Both the position numbers and the translations under genes were made by a program. DNA of 64,000 nt from Marispirochaeta sp. (GTDB lineage Bacteria; Spirochaetota; Spirochaetia; JC444; Marispirochaetaceae), in contig CAXXFF010000002.1 in NCBI GenBank assembly GCA_963676835.2, positions 1,728,001-1,792,000 on the forward strand. Direction: 5' to 3'. This document shows positions 38,363 through 47,951 of the stretch, one piece after another. Each line of letters begins with the position of its first letter. Positions within the stretch are counted from its first letter, which is position 1. A model generated the notes under the pieces. It saw nothing but the letters and a program-made list of their open reading frames with translations, did no database searches and was not told the DNA's origin.

Positions 38363-39358
38363 ATGAGCACCGATGTTATTCTCGAAGCAAAAGATCTGAA
38401 ACTGCATTTTCCCATAGAAGAGGGGCTTCTCCTGAAAAAAACCGTCGGCCATGTCCGGGCGGTTGACGGCGTTTCGTTTTCAATTAACAAAGGTGAAACC
38501 CTGGGGCTCGTCGGCGAGTCCGGCTGCGGTAAAAGCACCACCGCCCGGGCTATTGCGCAGCTGTATAAGCCCACCGGTGGTGAAGTGCTTTTTCAGGGAC
38601 GGAATCTGCCTGATCTGGGGCCGCAGGAACTCCTGCGTGCCCGGCAGGACATGCAGATGGTATTCCAGGATCCGTATGCATCCCTCAATCCCCGTATGAC
38701 CGTACGCAACATTATTGCCGAACCAATAAACATCTACCGCAAACAGGGGCTGTTGAGACTTGATTCCCGGGAGATAGAATTGCGGGTAGAAGAGCTTATG
38801 GAGAGGGTGGGGCTTTCGAAGTACTACAAGAACCGTTATCCCCACGAGTTTTCCGGCGGTCAGCGGCAGCGTATCGGTATCGCCCGTGCCCTGGCGCTGA
38901 ACCCGAAGCTGATTCTGCTGGACGAACCGGTAAGTGCGCTGGATGTATCCATTCAGTCCCAGATTCTTAACCTGCTTACCCAGCTGCAGAAGGAGATGGG
39001 ACTTACCTATCTTTTCATTGCCCATGATCTTGCGGTTATCGAGTATATCAGTACACGGGTTGCGGTTATGTATCTTGGTAAGATTGTGGAAGTTGCCCGG
39101 TCGTCGGAGTTATACAAAAACCCTCAGCATCCCTATACTCAGGCTCTGCTTTCCGCGGCTCCCATTCCCGATCCGAAGGTGGAGCGCCAGCGGCAAAGAA
39201 TAATTCTTAGCGGAGATGTTCCGTCACCGGATAAGGAACGCCACGGTTGTTACTTTTATGATCGCTGCCCGAAACGGATGGACCGCTGCCGGGAGAGTAT
39301 TCCTGAGCTGAAGAAAACTGAAGACGGCCATGAGGTTGCCTGCTATCTTTACGAGTAG
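38363..39358 (+). CDS. oppF: Oligopeptide ABC transporter ATPase
   Basis: [21 protein letters not shown] and DEPVSALD. Confidence 0.96.
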   Translation: MSTDVILEAKDLKLHFPIEEGLLLKKTVGHVRAVDGVSFSINKGETLGLVGESGCGKSTTARAIAQLYKPTGGEVLFQGRNLPDLGPQELLRARQDMQMVFQDPYASLNPRMTVRNIIAEPINIYRKQGLLRLDSREIELRVEELMERVGLSKYYKNRYPHEFSGGQRQRIGIARALALNPKLILLDEPVSALDVSIQSQILNLLTQLQKEMGLTYLFIAHDLAVIEYISTRVAVMYLGKIVEVARSSELYKNPQHPYTQALLSAAPIPDPKVERQRQRIILSGDVPSPDKERHGCYFYDRCPKRMDRCRESIPELKKTEDGHEVACYLYE

Positions 39359-39362
39359 AGAA

Positions 39363-39842
39363 TCAGGTTTCGTCCATAAATGAGATCCCGCATCGTTCCG
39401 CGATGCGGACACCCTTGAGGTTGAGTTCCTGTTTTTTTCGCAGGGGCAGTACCTCAAGGGTCTTTTTTTCTCCTTCCACGGTGGTGAAGCTCAGAACAGC
39501 ATAGCTTGGGAGCAGTAACGATCCCGGTGAGGTTCCGGTAGATTTTCCTTTGGTGAAGGATGACAGGAAAAGACCTTCAAGATCTTCAGCTTTCCATCGC
39601 TCCTTTCTACTGAACATAATCAGGCCGTGACGGCTTTCTATTCCAGTACTGCTGAAAACCCAGCGTTCCTCGTAGAGCGCTCCGAACAGGGCTAACAGGA
39701 AAAAGATGAGCGGACCTGCGGCAGGGCTGGTGATCATGGCTCCGGCGATGACTGCACTTATAATCAGAAGGCTGACCCGGAACCAGGGGCTGATGGTAAG
39801 GTTAAGGTTGCCTTCCTTTATTTCTCTGAGCTGCAGTTTCAT
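39363..39842 (-). CDS. Hypothetical membrane protein (2 TM helices)
   Basis: Two hydrophobic segments; 4-bp overlap with the upstream HAD gene. Confidence 0.7.
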   Translation of the reverse strand: MKLQLREIKEGNLNLTISPWFRVSLLIISAVIAGAMITSPAAGPLIFFLLALFGALYEERWVFSSTGIESRHGLIMFSRKERWKAEDLEGLFLSSFTKGKSTGTSPGSLLLPSYAVLSFTTVEGEKKTLEVLPLRKKQELNLKGVRIAERCGISFMDET

Positions 39843-40498
39843 TTCCCGCTGCTTCCTGTTCCAAAAGTTTTCTCTATAAAAATCGGCAGTTCTTCTATTT
39901 GCCGTATCACAGGATAGTCAGCTTCCGTCCGGCGGTTCAGTTCATCAATCAGAAGAACATGTCCTCCCATAGCCTGAAAAGGTGCCAGATAGGAGGGTAC
40001 ATCGTCGATAAACAGCACTTCTTCCGCTGGGTGGTCAATTTCCGCAAGTATACGGGTGTAGACTGCCGGATCAGGTTTCCCCTGCAGGTTGTTGTAGCGG
40101 AGATCGAAGACCCTTTCAAACTGATCAAGAATCTCCAGGTATTCAAGAACTCTGAGGGCATGCTCTTTCGGAGAGTTAGTCAGTATGGACCGTGGTACCG
40201 GGATGTCCCCCAGGATCTTTTTGAGGTCGGGATTCTTTTTGAGATACCGATCCATATCCTTCGGATGCACCGCATCCATATATTCATCAATTTTATCAAA
40301 ACCGTATACCTGCATAAGCCACTGCAGGGTTGTGCCGTAGGCCTTGCCCCGTGTTTTTCTCATGGTTCGGGCCTCGTCATCGCTCACTCCCAGAAAGCCT
40401 GCGGTGTAGTGGTTTATTGCTTCCTCAAACCGGGCGCCGAGAATGCTTGATTCCGGATAAAGGGTATTGTCCACGTCAAAAAGTATGTACTTGATCAT
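39839..40498 (-). CDS. HAD-family hydrolase (pyrimidine 5'-nucleotidase-like)
   Basis: LFDVDNTLY, YGTTL, GKPDP and FIDD. ATG 40498 lies downstream of a TTGCCC-17-TAGCCT promoter. Confidence 0.88.
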   Translation of the reverse strand: MIKYILFDVDNTLYPESSILGARFEEAINHYTAGFLGVSDDEARTMRKTRGKAYGTTLQWLMQVYGFDKIDEYMDAVHPKDMDRYLKKNPDLKKILGDIPVPRSILTNSPKEHALRVLEYLEILDQFERVFDLRYNNLQGKPDPAVYTRILAEIDHPAEEVLFIDDVPSYLAPFQAMGGHVLLIDELNRRTEADYPVIRQIEELPIFIEKTFGTGSSGK

Positions 40499-40589
40499 AG
40501 TGTTCAAGGCTAACCGAAAGGCCCGAACGGGGCAAGTCCTGTTAAAACTGTATTGACAGTAAGCTTCTGTGCAATTAGTATTAACTACC

Positions 40590-41429
40590 ATGGTAGTTAA
40601 TCAAATCCTTGAGAAGTTCGCAGAACTTGGGTACTCCGAGTACGAAGGACGGGTATATCTGGCAATCCTGGAGAAGAGCCCGGTTACCGCTTACGAGGCA
40701 TCGAAAAGAGCAGGAGTTCCCAGTTCCAAAATTTATCAGGTAATCAGCAGGCTCATTGAAAAGGGCATGGTTCATCCTCTGGAGGATGAAGGGAAAACAA
40801 AGTATCTGGCTCTGCCTCCCGGTGAGTTTATTGAATCACGCCGGGAAGCCATGGGAAGTATTTTTGACGGCCTGAAGCAGGATTTTGAATCTCTGGGTAA
40901 GCCCAGGGAAACCTCGTTTATCTGGAATATGAATAACCGTGAAGAGTTTACCCTGAGAGCCCGGCGTCTTGTTGGTGAGGCGAAAAAATCTCTGCTCATC
41001 TCGCTCTGGAATAATGAACTGGAGCTTCTCCATGAGGATCTTGAAGATGCCGGACAACGGGGCATCTCAACTGCAACGGTACTATTTGGTGAGGATGGTG
41101 CGAGCCCTTTGCAGCCGCTGTTCCATCACCCCATAGAAAATACCCTTTTTGCTGAGCGCGGCGGCCGGGGATTTACCCTTGTAACTGACTCCCGGGAGGC
41201 AATGGCGGGAACCTTCTATGCAGACGGACGGGTCGAAGGAGCCTGGTCAAGAAACCGGGGGTTTGTGACCCTGGCTGAGGACTATATCAAACACGATATC
41301 TACATTATGAAAATTGTCCGCAGATACGGAGAAGAGCTGTCCCGGCGTTTCGGTGACGACTTCGTACTTTTACGGGATGTTTTTTCCGACCGGGAAATTG
41401 AAGGAGATACAGATGAAAATATGGATTGA
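40590..41429 (+). CDS. TrmB-family transcriptional regulator
   Basis: LGYSEYEGRVYLAIL and GVPSSKIYQVISRL winged HTH, followed by a PLD-like effector domain. Confidence 0.9.
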   Translation: MVVNQILEKFAELGYSEYEGRVYLAILEKSPVTAYEASKRAGVPSSKIYQVISRLIEKGMVHPLEDEGKTKYLALPPGEFIESRREAMGSIFDGLKQDFESLGKPRETSFIWNMNNREEFTLRARRLVGEAKKSLLISLWNNELELLHEDLEDAGQRGISTATVLFGEDGASPLQPLFHHPIENTLFAERGGRGFTLVTDSREAMAGTFYADGRVEGAWSRNRGFVTLAEDYIKHDIYIMKIVRRYGEELSRRFGDDFVLLRDVFSDREIEGDTDENMD

Positions 41430-42267
41430 CGGTAATATCAAAGATGAAAGTGAGGCGGTGATTTCCGTCTTTGACCATGGGCTTCTTTACGGGGATGGAA
41501 TTTTTGAAGGTATCCGTATCTACGGCGGCAATGTCTTTAAACTGGATGAACATCTGGACCGTCTCTATGAAGGTGCCCGGGCCATCAGTCTTACTGTTCC
41601 CTATTCACAGGACGAACTTGCAAAGTTTACCCGGGAGACCGTTGCCGCAGAGGGCTCTGATGAGGGTTACATCCGCCTGGTGGTAACCCGGGGATGCGGA
41701 ACCCTCGGGGTCAGTCCCGTACGTTGTCCCAAAGCCTCAGTTATTATTATTGTAGGCGGAATCCAGCTCTACCCGGAGGAGTTCTACCGCAAGGGCATCT
41801 CCCTTATTACCGCCTCTATCCGCCGCAGCACGGTGACCAATGTGGATGAACGGATCAAGTCCCTGAACTACCTGCCCAATGTTATGGCTTCCCTGGAGGC
41901 TCACAACTCCGGCTGTCAGGAGGCTCTGATCCTGAATCAGGACGGCTTTGTTGCGGAATGTTCTGCGGATAATATTTTCCGGGTACGAAAAGGACGACTG
42001 GAGACGCCCCCGATCTCTTCCGGGGCACTGGACGGAATCACCCGCCGTACGGTTCTCGAACTTGCGGGCAAGCTCGGTATTCCTTCCGAAGAGAAACTGC
42101 TTACCTGTTATGATTTTTATACCGCCGACGAGTGTTTTCTTACCGGCACCGGTGCTGAGCTTGTACCGGTTGCACGGATTGACGGGCGCAGCATCGGGAC
42201 AGGTGAACCGGGTCCGCTTACCGGAATGCTCGCTGAAGCCTACGGACAGCTGGTTCGGGGTAAGTAA
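41413..42267 (+). CDS. ilvE: Branched-chain amino acid aminotransferase (class IV)
   Basis: DHGLLYGDGIFEG, KSLNY, LDGITR and FLTGTGAE. AAGGAG RBS. Confidence 0.92.
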   Translation: MKIWIDGNIKDESEAVISVFDHGLLYGDGIFEGIRIYGGNVFKLDEHLDRLYEGARAISLTVPYSQDELAKFTRETVAAEGSDEGYIRLVVTRGCGTLGVSPVRCPKASVIIIVGGIQLYPEEFYRKGISLITASIRRSTVTNVDERIKSLNYLPNVMASLEAHNSGCQEALILNQDGFVAECSADNIFRVRKGRLETPPISSGALDGITRRTVLELAGKLGIPSEEKLLTCYDFYTADECFLTGTGAELVPVARIDGRSIGTGEPGPLTGMLAEAYGQLVRGK

Positions 42268-42312
42268 AGCTGCTTTCTGGATACAAATAGAAATCCCGGG
42301 TAGAGTATAGTC

Positions 42313-43299
42313 ATGAGACCTTCTGTTATTTACCGGTTTATTCTGTGGATAGCTTTTTTGGCAGCATTCACAGTTCTGCTTGCAGCTGACGAGGATTCCG
42401 GTCTGCGGGTAACGGGAATTCAGTTTGACATCAGCCCGGAAATCTATACCTCACAGGAAGCATTCCGTGAAGCTGCAGATAGAGCGCTCCGGCAGGCAGT
42501 ACAGCCCTCGCAGCAGAGAGATCAGGCCGAACTTGTAGTGTTTCCGGAATATACCGGTGTTTTTTTTGTCTTTTTTGATGCACCCGGGGAGCTTGAGAGT
42601 ATTTCCTCCCTCGAAGAGGGGGGAGCTTTTCTGCAGAAAAACTATAATGCCTCAAACCTGCATGAGTTCTTCCTGACTGAACAGAGAAGAGCCGGGGAGG
42701 CGATGGATGCAGTCTGGGGAAATCTGGCCCGGCACTATGGTGTGTACCTGTTGGGGGGAAGTTATTTCTCCGCAGATCCTGCATCTTCAACCGGATTTGT
42801 TTCCGGAAAGCTGTACAACCGTGCGGTGCTCTACAGCCCTGAGGGGCAGCGGATTTACCAGCAGGATAAGGTCTACCTGACACCCTTTGAAACCGATCTG
42901 CTTCAGGTATCCCCCGGAGAAATTACTGATGCCCGGCCGTTTATAATCGGAGGGAGATCCATTGCTTTGTCCATTTGCAGAGATACCTTTTTTTCCGCCT
43001 GGGAGGAACAGTATCGCGATGCCGACCTCTGGATTGATATCAAGGCCAATGGTGAGGTTTTTACTCCTGAGCAGGCTGAAATTTTCCGGGGGGCTCTGCC
43101 GGAACGCCTGAAGCAGCTTCCGGGGGTGTTGGGCATGACTGTCTGTCTGAACGGAGAGTTTCTTGATCTGCTCTGGGAGGGCCCTTCCAGCGTAATCAGT
43201 GTTGAACCCGGCCCCGGCGGCAAAACAATACACTGGATAGACCGTGCCGGTACCGTGCGGGGCCAGGACCTGGTTTCTGTCAGGTTCCCGGTTCCCTGA
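42313..43299 (+). CDS. Exported carbon-nitrogen hydrolase (nitrilase superfamily)
   Basis: Signal peptide and the E-K-C triad (FPEY, QDKVYL, ICRD). Confidence 0.85.
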   Translation: MRPSVIYRFILWIAFLAAFTVLLAADEDSGLRVTGIQFDISPEIYTSQEAFREAADRALRQAVQPSQQRDQAELVVFPEYTGVFFVFFDAPGELESISSLEEGGAFLQKNYNASNLHEFFLTEQRRAGEAMDAVWGNLARHYGVYLLGGSYFSADPASSTGFVSGKLYNRAVLYSPEGQRIYQQDKVYLTPFETDLLQVSPGEITDARPFIIGGRSIALSICRDTFFSAWEEQYRDADLWIDIKANGEVFTPEQAEIFRGALPERLKQLPGVLGMTVCLNGEFLDLLWEGPSSVISVEPGPGGKTIHWIDRAGTVRGQDLVSVRFPVP

Positions 43300-43408
43300 T
43301 CATGCCCTGAAGCCTCAATTCGTGCGGGAGCAGTGTTGAGGGAAGCTTGACAGATGTGTAATCATTTAGGATGGTACTGGAACCAGGATTATTATCGCAG
43401 AGGTTTGA

Positions 43409-44467
43409 ATGAAAGAGTTTTTTGCTTCCAGAAAAGAGTCAATAAGCAGGTATCTGGAGGATTTTCTCACATCCCGTGGTGCAGAGCTTGAAAGTATAAA
43501 TGCCCAGGGACCTGTGGCCGCAAAGCGTCTGCTGGATTACAGCCGGGAAGGAAAGATGATCCGGGGATGCCTTGCAGGGCTTGCCCAGGGACTTTTTTCC
43601 AGTAAGGTTGATACCGATGCGGACCGCCTGGGCTCTGTTATGGAACTCTTTCAGTCGGCCCTGCTTGTCCATGATGATATCATGGACCGGGATCCCCTGC
43701 GCCGGGGAAAACCGGCAATGCATATCCAGTATGCCCGCAGTCTTAAAGAGGATAAGGCTGCTGATCCTGACCGTACCGGTGAGTCCCTTGGCATTTGTGT
43801 AGGGGATATTGCCTTTTTTCTGGCCTATGAAATCTTAAGTTCTCTGGACGTTTCGGCTCCAACATCCCTTGCCCTTCTGAAGCTGTGTTCCCGGGAGATG
43901 ACCGGTGTCGGCCTTGGCCAGATGCAGGATATTCGCGCCGGGGTAATGCCCGAACCTCCAGCTGTTGAAGATGTCCTTTCTCTATACGTTAATAAAACCG
44001 GAAGGTATACCTTTTCTCTGCCCCTTATGAGCGGTGCCGTACTTGGCGGTGCGGATGAGGAGATGATTGATGCCCTCAGTGAACTGGGTGAAGTTCTGGG
44101 CATTATTTTTCAGATTAAGGATGATGAACTTGGGCTTTTCGGAACTCCGGAGAAGATCGGCAAGCCTGTGGGGACAGATCTTTCAGAGGGAAAGCAGACT
44201 ATTTTCTATAATCTGCTTATGCAGAAGCTCAGTACAGAAGATGCTGTCCGGGTAAAATCACTGGTGGGCAGAGAGTCCGTGCCGGAGCAGGAAGTTCTTT
44301 TTGTTCGGCAAATGCTGGTGGAAACCGGTGTCATGGAGAAGGTTCGGGAGATTCTCAAGTCCCATCAGGAAAAAGCCCACCGGATTATGAAGCTGCTCCC
44401 CTTGTCTTCAGAGTACGGCAGGATATTTACAGATTTTGTTGAGTATAATCTGAGTAGAACAGTGTAG
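43409..44467 (+). CDS. Polyprenyl diphosphate synthase (probably GGPP synthase)
   Basis: GKMIR, LVHDDIMDRDPLRRG, KTGRY, FQIKDD and DLSEGK. Confidence 0.9.
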   Translation: MKEFFASRKESISRYLEDFLTSRGAELESINAQGPVAAKRLLDYSREGKMIRGCLAGLAQGLFSSKVDTDADRLGSVMELFQSALLVHDDIMDRDPLRRGKPAMHIQYARSLKEDKAADPDRTGESLGICVGDIAFFLAYEILSSLDVSAPTSLALLKLCSREMTGVGLGQMQDIRAGVMPEPPAVEDVLSLYVNKTGRYTFSLPLMSGAVLGGADEEMIDALSELGEVLGIIFQIKDDELGLFGTPEKIGKPVGTDLSEGKQTIFYNLLMQKLSTEDAVRVKSLVGRESVPEQEVLFVRQMLVETGVMEKVREILKSHQEKAHRIMKLLPLSSEYGRIFTDFVEYNLSRTV

Positions 44468-44471
44468 ACCC

Positions 44472-46163
44472 TTAAATCCGCCCTGAGCGGATTATACCGA
44501 TTATGAGCCAGAGCCCGAGGATTCCTGCCAGTACAAAGCCTGCCAGGGCCAGCAGGGAGAAACCGAAGACCCGTATGCCGCCGTCACTCTGGTTCATGAA
44601 GGCGGACCCTACCAGAAGGCCTGCAATTACTATTGCGAATGAGAGACGGTTGAAGGACTTGTCCAGCTCTCTGGTTGTGGTATCCAGGCCCTTTACCTCC
44701 AGTTCCATTCTCAGTTTTCCTGCCCTCAGTTTTTTTAACACCATGCTTGCATCGCTGGGCAGGGCGCGTACAAAGGTGACCGTCTCCCGCAGGAAATCAA
44801 TTGAATCTGAAAATCGTTCTCCCGGTTTCAGCCGTTCCCTCATGTAGTCGTGAATAAAGGGCCGGGTAGCCTCGATAATGTTGTATTCCGGGTCCAGCTC
44901 ACGCCCCAGGCCTTCTGCTGTCAGAATTACTTTTAAGGTTAGGGCGAAGTCGGCGGGGAGGGAAATCCGGTAGGTACGGATAATCCTGGAGAGGTCCTCT
45001 ATGATTTTTCCTGCCTGAATATGAGAAAGGGGCATGCTGTAGTAGTAGTTGATCAGGTTGTTCAGATCGTGACGCAGGTCGTGAATGGAGGTCTCCTCTT
45101 CGATGAAATCCATACGCAGAAAGGTCTGAACAATCTTGTTCGGGTCCCTGCGTACAAATCCTTCAAAGAGGCTGAACAGGGCCTCCTTCATACTTCGGTC
45201 AATGAATCCGACCATGCCGAAATCCAGGGGGGCAAGTTTACCGTCGGGGGTAACAATAAAGTTGCCTGGATGGGGGTCGGCATTGAAGAAACCGAGTTTG
45301 AAGAGCTGAGTCAGGATATAATTTACCCCCAGATCTGCGAGGTGGCGGCGCTGTTCCTCCGGTATATTATCAACAATAAATTCTCCTACGGTTTGTCCTT
45401 CGATATAGGACATGCTTAAAACCGTTGAGTTGGAGGTCTCCCAGTAAACCCTGGGAATGATAATGTCTTCCTGGCTTTCGAAGCTTTTCCGGAAAAGATC
45501 AAAGGCTCTGCCTTCGTGATAGAAGTCGAGTTCCATTCGGATGCTGCGGGAAAACTCATCGACAATTTTAACCGGTCCATAGATTTTGAATGAAGGAAGG
45601 TATTTTTCCGCCAGTTCCGCAAGATCCCTTAAGATTGAGAGATCGGTTTCTATAAGGTTGACTATTCTCGGACGGCGCACTTTTACCGCCAGATCCCTGC
45701 CATCAAGACTTTTCGCGCGGTGAACCTGGGCAATTGATGCGGATGCTCTCGGGCTTGGGTCAAACCAGCTGAACAGTTCATTCAGGGGTTTCTGAAAGCT
45801 CTGCTCTATTTCTGTGATAATCTCTTCCCCGGGAAGAGGCAGTGCTGAAGCCTGCAGATTTGCAAGTTCGTCGGTGTAGTCATCCGGGAGAATATCGGAC
45901 CTTAGGCTCATAATCTGACCGAGTTTAATGAAGGTCGGTCCAAGGTCTTCAAGCAGAAAACGGAGCCTCACCGCCATGGGATCTTTGGGGGAGACCGTAA
46001 CGCCCCGCTTCTGAAAACGCCGGATCATACTTGGCCCTTTGATAATTCCCAGGTGTACCAGGAAATCATCAAAACCATAGGCGATAATCTTGGCAATTAT
46101 TTTCCGGTAGCGGCCGATCTTTCCAACACGATGATCTTTTTTTCTACTGAACAGTTTTCCCAC
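44472..46163 (-). CDS. ABC1/UbiB-family atypical kinase
   Basis: LGPTFIKLGQ, ASASIAQVH, AVKV, ADPHPGN, LDFG and two C-terminal TM helices. Confidence 0.93.
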   Translation of the reverse strand: MGKLFSRKKDHRVGKIGRYRKIIAKIIAYGFDDFLVHLGIIKGPSMIRRFQKRGVTVSPKDPMAVRLRFLLEDLGPTFIKLGQIMSLRSDILPDDYTDELANLQASALPLPGEEIITEIEQSFQKPLNELFSWFDPSPRASASIAQVHRAKSLDGRDLAVKVRRPRIVNLIETDLSILRDLAELAEKYLPSFKIYGPVKIVDEFSRSIRMELDFYHEGRAFDLFRKSFESQEDIIIPRVYWETSNSTVLSMSYIEGQTVGEFIVDNIPEEQRRHLADLGVNYILTQLFKLGFFNADPHPGNFIVTPDGKLAPLDFGMVGFIDRSMKEALFSLFEGFVRRDPNKIVQTFLRMDFIEEETSIHDLRHDLNNLINYYYSMPLSHIQAGKIIEDLSRIIRTYRISLPADFALTLKVILTAEGLGRELDPEYNIIEATRPFIHDYMRERLKPGERFSDSIDFLRETVTFVRALPSDASMVLKKLRAGKLRMELEVKGLDTTTRELDKSFNRLSFAIVIAGLLVGSAFMNQSDGGIRVFGFSLLALAGFVLAGILGLWLIIGIIRSGRI

Positions 46164-46269
46164 AATTACATACTACTGCCATATTACCGTATAATCCAGT
46201 AATAAGAGTAGCAGGATGGATAGAGGACAGACCAGATGGAGGGCAGGGGTGAAGAAAACCATGCAGGGC

Positions 46270-46941
46270 TTAAAGCCCGCTGATGCGAAGACCTGCAAAA
46301 AAGCCTAACTGTATAAGCAGATAGTATACAGGCAGGTTCGATCCGGTTTTCAGCTTTCCCAGGCGGAAGAAAAAGGCACATACCGCCGCAATGAGAAACC
46401 AGGCAAGATAATTCTGCAGAGGTATTCCCTGCAGTGTGTCCCAGGTCCAGTAATCGAGAGCAATGGCCGCGGGTTCCATAATCCAGTCGAAGGTCGCTGC
46501 CAGAATCCCGGTAAGAATGGCTCCCCGCAGGGGATTATTGATAAAGCGGAAAACAATTGATGCAAGGGCAAATACGATCAGGGTCCAGTTGAGTCCGATG
46601 ATAAGGGGTACTTCAAGAAACTTGACCCCAAGGGTGCTTCCGTAGTGATAGGGGCCGAAAACCGCTCCGGTTGCAACTCCTGCGGTTTCTGCGGCAAAGG
46701 TGAACAGGTATGTTCCGGCAGTCCACAGGAGCAGATGCCGGGGATCATCGCGTACTGTCCGTATCAGTACCAGCAGGCTTGAGGCGGCGAGAATAAAAGG
46801 CGTCATGCCCAGCATAAGGGGCAAGGTCCCGGAGTTCAGGTGCCCGGTGAAACCTACCACAAAAAAGAGAGCCAGAGCGGAGGCAATAATTTTGTCGACG
46901 TGATTTCTGTCCAGACCTGCGGGCCCCGGTTTTCTGTCCAT
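46270..46941 (-). CDS. cruF: CruF-like carotenoid 1,2-hydratase (DUF422)
   Basis: ETAGVATGAVFGPYHY, VPLIIGLNW, DWIMEP, YWTW and PLQNYLAWF. Confidence 0.85.
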   Translation of the reverse strand: MDRKPGPAGLDRNHVDKIIASALALFFVVGFTGHLNSGTLPLMLGMTPFILAASSLLVLIRTVRDDPRHLLLWTAGTYLFTFAAETAGVATGAVFGPYHYGSTLGVKFLEVPLIIGLNWTLIVFALASIVFRFINNPLRGAILTGILAATFDWIMEPAAIALDYWTWDTLQGIPLQNYLAWFLIAAVCAFFFRLGKLKTGSNLPVYYLLIQLGFFAGLRISGL

Positions 46942-47771
46942 TATCCTGTTACCGTGTTTTTCAGCAGGCTTGCAAGAATCCTGATTTTGGAAGGTTTCAC
47001 TTTTTTCTCATACACAATATAGGGGTTCTTCTCAATCACTCCGGCGGTCCACAGGTACATGTCTCCTGCTGTTTTTATGGGGATCCGGTAACGTTTCGGG
47101 ATAAGCCGGTAACCCCCTTCCGCCTGTTTCTGCCATGCCTTGTAGCGTTTTGTCTGTTTTTGCATAAACTGCATAAAGGCATTCTCTTTTTTTCGGGTCT
47201 CCTCCGCTTTCAGAGAGGTCAGTGCTGACTCCTCCAGGGGCAGGTAGCGTCTGCCCAGACTTATATCCTCATCTATGTCCCGTATGAAGTTTATGTACTG
47301 CATGGAACGACCCAGCATTTTTGATGCCTCTTCAGCTTCCGGAGGGAGATCCATGATTCTTCCCATAAACAGTCCGATAACCTCTGCAGAACCGTAAATA
47401 TAGGTGAGGGTATCCTCGAGTTTATCATAATCCGATTTCTCCAGATCCATTTCCATGGAGGTCAGAAAGGCCTCTGTCCATGCTGGATCGAAGTTCCGCG
47501 CTTTTGAAAGTTCCACAAAGGAGTCGACAATGGGGTTGTCCGCCGCTGTTCCTGCCAGAGCATTGCGGTAACTTTCTCTGAAGCGGTAAAAACCCTCCCT
47601 GTCCTGGGGCTGGGAATCCACAAAGTTATCGGCAACCCGTACAAAGGCGTAGAGCACAGATACTTCATCCCGGACCGCCCGGGGAAAGAATATGCTGGAG
47701 TTGAAGTAGGTTTTACTGCCTGCTTTAAATACCTGATGATGTATTTTCTGTGCCTGAATTCGTCTGCTCAT
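46941..47771 (-). CDS. crtB: Phytoene synthase
   Basis: GSKTY, LYAFVRVADNFVD, YGSAEVIG and NFIRDIDED. Confidence 0.9.
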   Translation of the reverse strand: MSRRIQAQKIHHQVFKAGSKTYFNSSIFFPRAVRDEVSVLYAFVRVADNFVDSQPQDREGFYRFRESYRNALAGTAADNPIVDSFVELSKARNFDPAWTEAFLTSMEMDLEKSDYDKLEDTLTYIYGSAEVIGLFMGRIMDLPPEAEEASKMLGRSMQYINFIRDIDEDISLGRRYLPLEESALTSLKAEETRKKENAFMQFMQKQTKRYKAWQKQAEGGYRLIPKRYRIPIKTAGDMYLWTAGVIEKNPYIVYEKKVKPSKIRILASLLKNTVTG

Positions 47772-47832
47772 GTTTCTGTTTCCTGCAAATCAATATCTCC
47801 CTCCCTAAATATACCGGAAAAGAAGCCGTAAG

Positions 47833-47866
47833 GGCACCTCTAAAAATACCACGTTTTTGAGGTGCC
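47833..47866. repeat. Intergenic inverted repeat GGCACCTCTAAAAA...TTTTTGAGGTGCC
   Basis: Seen directly between the divergent crtB and pfk genes. Confidence 0.7.
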
Positions 47867-47951
47867 ATACGAAAAACCCGATCTCCCCTTACTTGCAACT
47901 TCTTGTCTGGTTACTTAAAATATCTGGAAGCGGCCTGTCAGGAGGTATTTT

